Source of the DNA: Akkermansiaceae bacterium
GTDB taxonomy: Bacteria; Verrucomicrobiota; Verrucomicrobiia; Verrucomicrobiales; Akkermansiaceae
Assembly (NCBI GenBank): GCA_031371325.1
Contig: JANMJJ010000198.1
Coordinates: 492 to 64,491, forward strand
Length of the DNA: 64,000 nt
Direction of reading: 5' to 3'
Shown here: piece by piece, positions 58,013 through 64,000 of the stretch
Layout of the letters: each line of letters starts with the position of its first letter
Position numbering within the stretch: the stretch's first letter is position 1
Translations under genes and position numbers: made by a program
Notes under the pieces: generated by a model
Database searches by the model: none
Told to the model about the DNA's origin: nothing
Seen by the model: only the letters and a program-made list of their open reading frames with translations

Positions 58013-58714
58013 ATGAAACTCGTCAAACTCCTCGCCAATCTCGGCTACGGCTCCCGCAAGGAAGTCCAGCGCCTGATCCGCTCCGGTGCCGTCACCGATG
58101 CGGACGGAAATGTGTTGGGCGAAAACGACGTCCCGCCCCACGACCAAATCCGCTTCCGCGGCGAGGCGCTCGATCCACCCGCGCCGCTGGTCATCATGCT
58201 CAACAAGCCGGACGGCTACACATGCAGCAGCGAGGACCCCGGCTCGACGATTTACGACCTGTTGCCGGAACGCTTCGCCCACCGCAACCCGGGCCTGAAC
58301 CCCATCGGCCGGCTCGACAAGGACACCACCGGCCTGCTCCTTCTAACTGACGACGGCAAGCTCCTCCACAAGATCATCCATCCGAAATCCAATTGCCTGA
58401 AAATCTATCAAGTCCAGCTCGACCGCCCGCTGGAAGGCCAGGAGGGCGAGTTGTTCGCCTCGGGCACGTTGGTTCTGAACAGCGAGGCCCGGCCATTGCT
58501 TCCAGCGAAGCTCGAAGTGTTAGGCGAAAGGGAAGCGCGGGTCACCTTGCACGAGGGCCGCTACCACCAGGTCCGCCGGATGTTCGCCGCCGCCGGCAAC
58601 CACGTGCTCGGCTTGCAGCGGATTTCCATCGGTGGCTTGAAAATGCCGGCTGACCTCGCAGAAGGGGAATGGCGGGTGTTGGAGACAGAGGAGTTGGCGA
58701 GCGTCTTCAAATGA
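58013..58714 (+). CDS. rsuA: RsuA-family pseudouridine synthase
   Basis: N-terminal S4 domain; LNKPDGY, GRLDKDTTGLLLLTDDG, EGRYHQVRRMF. Confidence 0.88.
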   Translation: MKLVKLLANLGYGSRKEVQRLIRSGAVTDADGNVLGENDVPPHDQIRFRGEALDPPAPLVIMLNKPDGYTCSSEDPGSTIYDLLPERFAHRNPGLNPIGRLDKDTTGLLLLTDDGKLLHKIIHPKSNCLKIYQVQLDRPLEGQEGELFASGTLVLNSEARPLLPAKLEVLGEREARVTLHEGRYHQVRRMFAAAGNHVLGLQRISIGGLKMPADLAEGEWRVLETEELASVFK

Positions 58715-58868
58715 CGTGGATTCTGCCGGTTGTGTCTCCATCCCATCAACCGACCCAGCCGATGAACCCAAAAGCACCCTGAAACGCCCACTGCGGAAGT
58801 GACTTCCGCGATTTCCCCAGTGACGAAATGTGCCAATGCGCAACCCGCCCGCTGAGATGCTTGGCGCT

Positions 58869-60212
58869 TCACTTCGCCGTCGGCAGCGCCTGCCGCCAGC
58901 GGATGGCGGCAGCGGCGAGGCGTTTAGCGAGGTCCGGTTTCCCGGCGGCAAGGTCGTGTTCCTCGGCGCGGTCAGTGACGACGTCGTAGAGTTCCACGCC
59001 GCCGCCATCGGCGTTGAGCAGCAGTTTCCACGGTCCTTCGCGCATCGCGAGGTTCGGGCTGCGATCACGGCCCGCTGGATATTGGAAGGCGGCATTGCGG
59101 CCGTATTCCCAGAACAGCGGATACTTTCTCACGACACGCTGGCCGAACCACGCCGCGCTGAGATCCTCGCCATCGAGCGCCGCGCCATCTGGCAGCGCGC
59201 CGCCGGCGATGGCGCACAGGCTGGGAAACAAATCGACGGCGGCAAGCACGGTGGACTCATCCACCTTTCCGGCGGGGATGTGGCCCGGCCAGCGGACGAT
59301 GAATGGCAGCCGGATGCCAGCTTCGTAGAGACTCCACTTGCCTCCGCGCAATCCGGCGGAGCGTGCGCCATTGAAGGTCGGTGCGGGTCCGTTGTCGCTG
59401 GCGAAGACGATGAGTGTGTTTTGCTCGAGTCCGAGATCCCGCACGCCATCGAAGAGTCGTCCGAGTTGCCGGTCGGCCTCCTCTAATACCGGATGGAAAT
59501 TCGCCGGGGTGTCGCCACGCTGCGTCTGGCCATCCGCCACCCACGGAGTGTGGACATCATCCGGCCAGACCTGTACGAAGCACGGCTGCTCCTTGTGGCG
59601 CTTGAGAAAATCGAGGGTCTTGTCCACGAAGAAGGCCGTGCGCTCCCGGCGTTGCACTTTGGCAGGCGCAGCTCCGCCCTCGATGTCGGGATGCGGCTCC
59701 GGGCTTTCCCAAGTGCTGGCGGATTCGTCGAAACCGTAGGCGGAAATCTTCGGCGCATCCGCCACGTCGCGCCCGCCTCCCAGGTGCCACTTGCCGAAGT
59801 GCCCTGTCGCGTAGCCCGTAGCCTGGAGCTGTCGTGCGATGGACGGAGCCTTCGGATCGAGAAAATCCGCCTGTTCGCTGGAGCGGTTGCCGTCGCGCGT
59901 TTGGAGGTAGTTGGTGATGCGCCAGCGTGCCGGAAACATGCCGGTCATCAACCCGGCCCGCGAGGGAGAACAAACGGGCGACGCGCTGTAATACTGCGTG
60001 AATCGCATTCCCTCGCTGGCGAAACGATCGAGCCGCGGCGTGGGGGCCTGTTGGCCGCCATAACAACCGAGATCTCCCAAACCCATGTCGTCGGCGAGGA
60101 TGAAAATGACATGCGGCCGGGCGGCCGGGGCCTCCGCAGCGTGGCCGGATTTTCCCCATGCGATGAAGGCAACCGCGAGTGTGAGCAGAAGACAACGGGG
60201 CATGGTTTTCAT
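58869..60212 (-). CDS. Sulfatase (S1, formylglycine-dependent)
   Basis: ILADDMG, CSPSRAGLMTG, GKWHLG, SDNG, LYEAGIRLP; signal peptide. Confidence 0.93.
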   Translation of the reverse strand: MKTMPRCLLLTLAVAFIAWGKSGHAAEAPAARPHVIFILADDMGLGDLGCYGGQQAPTPRLDRFASEGMRFTQYYSASPVCSPSRAGLMTGMFPARWRITNYLQTRDGNRSSEQADFLDPKAPSIARQLQATGYATGHFGKWHLGGGRDVADAPKISAYGFDESASTWESPEPHPDIEGGAAPAKVQRRERTAFFVDKTLDFLKRHKEQPCFVQVWPDDVHTPWVADGQTQRGDTPANFHPVLEEADRQLGRLFDGVRDLGLEQNTLIVFASDNGPAPTFNGARSAGLRGGKWSLYEAGIRLPFIVRWPGHIPAGKVDESTVLAAVDLFPSLCAIAGGALPDGAALDGEDLSAAWFGQRVVRKYPLFWEYGRNAAFQYPAGRDRSPNLAMREGPWKLLLNADGGGVELYDVVTDRAEEHDLAAGKPDLAKRLAAAAIRWRQALPTAK

Positions 60213-60346
60213 GTAGAATTCAAGCACAGGCCCTTATTGCCCTGCAAGCTGGCGGAATACGAGCGTGAACTCCCAGGATCGCGCCGTGTCGATGGTGCGC
60301 GTCATCGAGCGGTGCGCGGACAGCGGAACTGCGCCGGGGATTCGCC

Positions 60347-60874
60347 TCAATCTTTCGCGGTCAATCGGCGGTGGACTTCTTCGGTGAGCATTTCAATCCG
60401 CTCGCTCATGGTCTTGGTGATCTCAGTCAACTCGGTGTTCTGGCGCATCAAGGTCAGCAGTTTCGCGGTTTGCTCGGCGGCCAGGTTTTCCCGCTGTGCG
60501 CTGGCGTGGGCGAGGTCTTCACGATGTTGCGCGTCGGCATCGGCGTGCGCCTTATCACGATCCGCCTGACGGGTCTGGGCCAGCAGAATCAACGGCGCGG
60601 CATAGGCGGCCTGCAAGCTGAACGCCAAGTTGAGCAGGATGAACGGATAGATGTCGAAATGGACCACGCCCGCCGAATTCACCGCGATCCACACCGCGAC
60701 GATGGCGGTCTGGCCGACGAGAAACGCGGGGGTTCCGAAAAACCGGGCAAAGGCCTCCGCCTTGAGCGCGAACCAATCGCTGCCGAACACCGGCGCGAGG
60801 TGATTGTGCTTTTCGTGGAAACGGAAATGGTTGGTCTTGGCGGCGGGCGGCGCGGCAGGCTGGGAGGTATCCAT
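60347..60874 (-). CDS. DUF1003 family membrane protein
   Basis: FARFFGT, FDIYPFILLNLAFSLQAAYAAPLILLAQTRQ..RD. Confidence 0.9.
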   Translation of the reverse strand: MDTSQPAAPPAAKTNHFRFHEKHNHLAPVFGSDWFALKAEAFARFFGTPAFLVGQTAIVAVWIAVNSAGVVHFDIYPFILLNLAFSLQAAYAAPLILLAQTRQADRDKAHADADAQHREDLAHASAQRENLAAEQTAKLLTLMRQNTELTEITKTMSERIEMLTEEVHRRLTAKD

Positions 60875-61026
60875 GGCTCCGAATAACGGCGATGTAGGTT
60901 GCGGCGTCCAGCGACAGTTTGGGAGGGTGTAACTGAAAGTGGTGAGCAACATAGGGGGAGTGGACATTTCTGCCCACCTGCCGCTGCGCGGCGAAAGCGA
61001 GAGCGCGAAATCAATCGGTTAGAGCC

Positions 61027-61250
61027 TCATCTGCCCAATTTGCCTGCCAGATCGGGGGCCGGTCGGTACACAAATGCATTTCCAACCTTGCCCCGTTGTA
61101 GGAGACCTTTCGATTCGAGAGCGGCAAGGTCATTCTTGGCCGTTTGATTGGAAATGGCGTGGGAAGTTTGGTGGCTGACGACCGTGCAGGCGGAAAACTG
61201 ATGCTTCAACGCGTGTTTCAACAACGCGAGCTGAAGATGGTTGAAATCGC
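61027..61250 (-). pseudogene. C-terminal winged-helix fragment of a Fic-family protein
   Basis: NH.Q..LL.HAL.H.....T..SHQ.SH....QTA..DL..L...GLL...K.G..F.Y.P..DL..KL. No Fic domain upstream. Lies just downstream of tRNA-Leu. Confidence 0.65.
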
Positions 61251-61339
61251 TGTCCGCGCCCAACTGACGCCTCAAAGATGCGCCTGCAAGTTTCGTTAGA
61301 CTCAGTCACTTATGATCCATTTCAAAATCGTGCGAAAAA

Positions 61340-61421
61340 TACCGGGAACAGGACTCGAACCTGCACACCTTTCGATACTAGAACCTAAATCTAGCGCGTC
61401 TACCAATTCCGCCATCCCGGC
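61340..61421 (-). tRNA. tRNA-Leu(TAG)
   Basis: GCCGGGATGGCGGAATTGGTAGACGCG-CTAGA-TT-TAG-GT-TCTAG, long variable arm, GGTTCGAGTCC T arm. CCA is not encoded. Confidence 0.96.
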
Positions 61422-61630
61422 GTTCGGGCGCGACTCTATCGTCACCCGGGCATGGAGCAAGCCCACAATGCGCGCTCGTGAAAATCCCCTCCGGCCTGCG
61501 GGATTCATTCATCCTGGCCATGCCTCAACGGGACGCCACGCGGCCCAATCGCGCCCTCCGGCGTCTATGGCTGACCCGGATTTTTTCCAAGATCCTTGTG
61601 CCGGACGGTCGCGGCGGTTAATTCATCGCC

Positions 61631-61996
61631 ATGGATTTTGAAACATTGAGCCTGTGGGCGGACGAGGAACTGAAATCGCTGGTGAAAGTCCTGCCGCAGG
61701 ACATCCAAGACGCAGCGGGAAAAGTGGCGGTTTCCCTCGAGGAAAAACCCGGTCAAGGAGCCTACGACGAGGAACTGGAAGGCGACGAACTCGGGCTGTT
61801 CGAAGGCCCGTCCGCGATGGAGGATGCCGAACCGGGCGAAATCCCGCGGATCCGGCTATTTCTAACCAACTTGTGGCAATGGGTCGGCGAGGAAGAACAC
61901 GACTACCGCGACGAAGTGGGCACCACCTTCCTCCACGAACTCGGTCACTACCTCGGCTGGGACGAGGACGAGGTCGCCCAACGCGGCTTGGAATAA
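61631..61996 (+). CDS. Small zincin-like metallopeptidase
   Basis: LGLFEG, PRIRLF, TFLHELGHYLG. Confidence 0.85.
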   Translation: MDFETLSLWADEELKSLVKVLPQDIQDAAGKVAVSLEEKPGQGAYDEELEGDELGLFEGPSAMEDAEPGEIPRIRLFLTNLWQWVGEEEHDYRDEVGTTFLHELGHYLGWDEDEVAQRGLE

Positions 61997-62064
61997 GCGG
62001 CGGGATTTCTACTTCCATCATCACGCGAATCGGACTAATTCAGACAACCCTCAACCACAAAACC

Positions 62065-63120
62065 ATGGACATTCTCGGATTCATCAAAGGCGAACTGCTG
62101 GAAATCATCGAATTCAACGACGACTCGCGCGACACCCTGGCGTGGCGCTTTCCCGACGAGGACAAGACGATCAAGAACGGCGCGCAACTCATCGTCCGCG
62201 AAAGCCAGCTCGCGCAGTTCGTCTATCTGGGCCAGTTCGGCGATTGCTTCGGCCCCGGCAAACACTCGCTAACAACCGATAACATTCCGGTCCTCAACAA
62301 GCTCAAGGGCTGGAAATATGGCTTCGAGTCGCCCTTCAAGGCGGACGTTTATTACGTCACCACCCGCCTTTTCACCGGCAACAAGTGGGGCACCGCGAAC
62401 CCGGTGATGATGCGCGACAAGGACTTCGGCGTCGTCCGCCTGCGGGCGTTCGGCTCGTTCGATTTCAAAATCGTCAATGCGCCGGTTTTCCTCAAGGAAG
62501 TCGCCGGCACCGACCAACATTTCCGGCTCGATGAATTCGCCGACACGATGCGCTCGCGGATTGTTAGCGTGTTCAGCGAGGCACTCGCATCCTGCGGCGT
62601 GCCCGCGCTCGACGTGGCTTCGCGCTACTCGGAACTGGGTGATGCCTTGTTGCCACTGATCAATCCGCAGGTGACCACGAAGTATGGCATCGAGATCACC
62701 AGCTTCCTCGTCGAAAACGTCTCCGTGCCACCCGAAGTGGAAGCGGCCATCGACAAGCGGTCGAGCATGGGTGCCATCGGCAATCTCAACGACTACGTGA
62801 AATTCCAAATGGCCGAGTCCATGACCAAAGGCGGCGACGGTGGCGGATCTCCCGCCGCCGCCGCCGGCCAAATGGCGATGGGCTTCGGCATGGCCCAGGA
62901 AATGATGAAGTCCATGCAGGCCCAGCCGCCGCCGCTGCCCGGCGCTCCGGCTCCCACAGGCATTCCCGATTTACTCAGCCCGGAACAAGCCGCGCAAATC
63001 CTCGGCGTGTCCGAGGCCGACGTGATCGCCTCGATCGACGCCGGTGATTTGAAGGGCAAGAAGATCGGTTCTGCCTATCGAATTTCCCGGGCCGCCATCG
63101 ACGCCTTTCTCGCCGAGTAA
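62065..63120 (+). CDS. SPFH/band-7 (YdjI-like) protein with a C-terminal excisionase-type HTH
   Basis: GAQLIVRESQ, GPGKHSL.T.NIP, KWGTANP, GVVRLRAFG. C-terminal LLSPEQAAQILGVS......I..GDLKG.KIG..YRI. Confidence 0.88.
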   Translation: MDILGFIKGELLEIIEFNDDSRDTLAWRFPDEDKTIKNGAQLIVRESQLAQFVYLGQFGDCFGPGKHSLTTDNIPVLNKLKGWKYGFESPFKADVYYVTTRLFTGNKWGTANPVMMRDKDFGVVRLRAFGSFDFKIVNAPVFLKEVAGTDQHFRLDEFADTMRSRIVSVFSEALASCGVPALDVASRYSELGDALLPLINPQVTTKYGIEITSFLVENVSVPPEVEAAIDKRSSMGAIGNLNDYVKFQMAESMTKGGDGGGSPAAAAGQMAMGFGMAQEMMKSMQAQPPPLPGAPAPTGIPDLLSPEQAAQILGVSEADVIASIDAGDLKGKKIGSAYRISRAAIDAFLAE

Positions 63121-63131
63121 CCGACGCCCCC

Positions 63132-64000
63132 ATGGCCGAAGTCAGCGCGCTGAAAAAACATCCCTGCCCACAATGCGGCGGCGATGCCGAGTGGAACGCC
63201 GCCAAGCAGGCGCTCGCTTGCCCGTATTGCGGCACGATCGTGCCGTGGGCCGACGGCGAGAACCCGTTAGGAGCCGCGATCGTCGAGCACGACCTGGAAG
63301 CGGCGCTCGCTTCTATCAGTCCCGCCAGCCACGGGCTCAAGGCCGAGAAGAAATCCGTGAAATGCGAAAGCTGCCAGGCGATCAGCATCTTCGACCCCGA
63401 CCGCGCCGCGCAACGCTGTGACTTCTGCGGTTCCCCGGCGATCGTGCCGGTGGCCGACATGGAGGATCTCATCACGCCGGAAAGCCTGTTGCCTGCGGTC
63501 ATCGCCGCCCCGCAGGTCCGCGACCAACTCCGCGCGTGGTATGGCAGCCGCTGGTTCGCCCCGACCAAACTGAAACGCGCCGCCCTAACCGACACGCTGC
63601 ACGGCATCTATCTGCCCTACTGGACCTTCGACGCCCACGTCGATGCCCAGTGGACCGCCGAGTCCGGCTATCATTATTACGTCACCGAAACCTATCAGGA
63701 CGCCAACGGCAAAACGCAAAGCCGCCAGGTCCAGCGAACCCGCTGGGAAGACAGCGCTGGCCAGTTGTCGCATTTTTTCGATGACGACGCCGTCCCCGGC
63801 ACCGTCGGCGTCCACACTGCCCTGCTGCACAAAGTGGAGCCCTTCCCCACCGTCAGCGACCTCAAGCCCTACGACCCCGCCTACGTCCGCGGTTGGACAG
63901 TCGAGTGCTATCAGGTCGATCTCGGCCAAGCGTCGCAAGTCAGCAAGCAGCAGATGGACGCCACGATCTATCAACTCTGCTCACGCGAAGTCCCCGGCGA
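63132..64000 (+). CDS. Zinc-ribbon protein (3' end outside the window)
   Basis: MAEVSALKKHPCPQCGG...CPYCG...CESCQ...CDFCG (four CxxC), GIYLPYWTFD. Open to the window end, so absent from the ORF track. Confidence 0.85.
   Translation, partial: MAEVSALKKHPCPQCGGDAEWNAAKQALACPYCGTIVPWADGENPLGAAIVEHDLEAALASISPASHGLKAEKKSVKCESCQAISIFDPDRAAQRCDFCGSPAIVPVADMEDLITPESLLPAVIAAPQVRDQLRAWYGSRWFAPTKLKRAALTDTLHGIYLPYWTFDAHVDAQWTAESGYHYYVTETYQDANGKTQSRQVQRTRWEDSAGQLSHFFDDDAVPGTVGVHTALLHKVEPFPTVSDLKPYDPAYVRGWTVECYQVDLGQASQVSKQQMDATIYQLCSREVPG

Noticed and set aside
62065-63120. Prophage, suggested by the excisionase-like HTH near a tRNA
   Set aside because: The HTH is fused to an SPFH domain, and there are no integrase or phage structural genes.

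Overview
A 64-kb window of a GC-rich bacterial chromosome, probably Verrucomicrobiota (Luteolibacter-like). The taxon is inferred from a PEP-CTERM remnant, DUF1800/DUF1501, a sulfatase and a cytochrome b562-like gene; no database search was run. Most of the window is housekeeping and envelope genes (kbl, tdh, nagB, queA, xth, rsmI, fabF, lpxK, pbpC, pabB, lnt, rsuA, tRNA-Arg(CCT), tRNA-Leu(TAG)). The most unusual region is 1-5560. An IetAS-type ATPase/S8-protease pair and a SEC-C protein gene sit in an array punctuated by four direct copies of the 3' tail of a type I RM hsdS gene (…ELTTLRDWLLPMLMNGQVRV). The copies differ mostly at synonymous positions and each is followed by a palindromic REP-like element. 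This looks like a cassette-accumulating defence hotspot keyed on the hsdS end. Other notable features: an integrase-less integron relic (attI-like site, DUF4160/DUF2442 cassette, attC split by a 50-bp hairpin); a PARIS-like ABC-ATPase + TOPRIM-like pair; an amino-sugar cluster divergent from threonine catabolism with four operator-like palindromes between them; heptamer runs inside domain linkers; a possible GTTAG/CTAAC word bias; and many short scars of defence and mobile genes.
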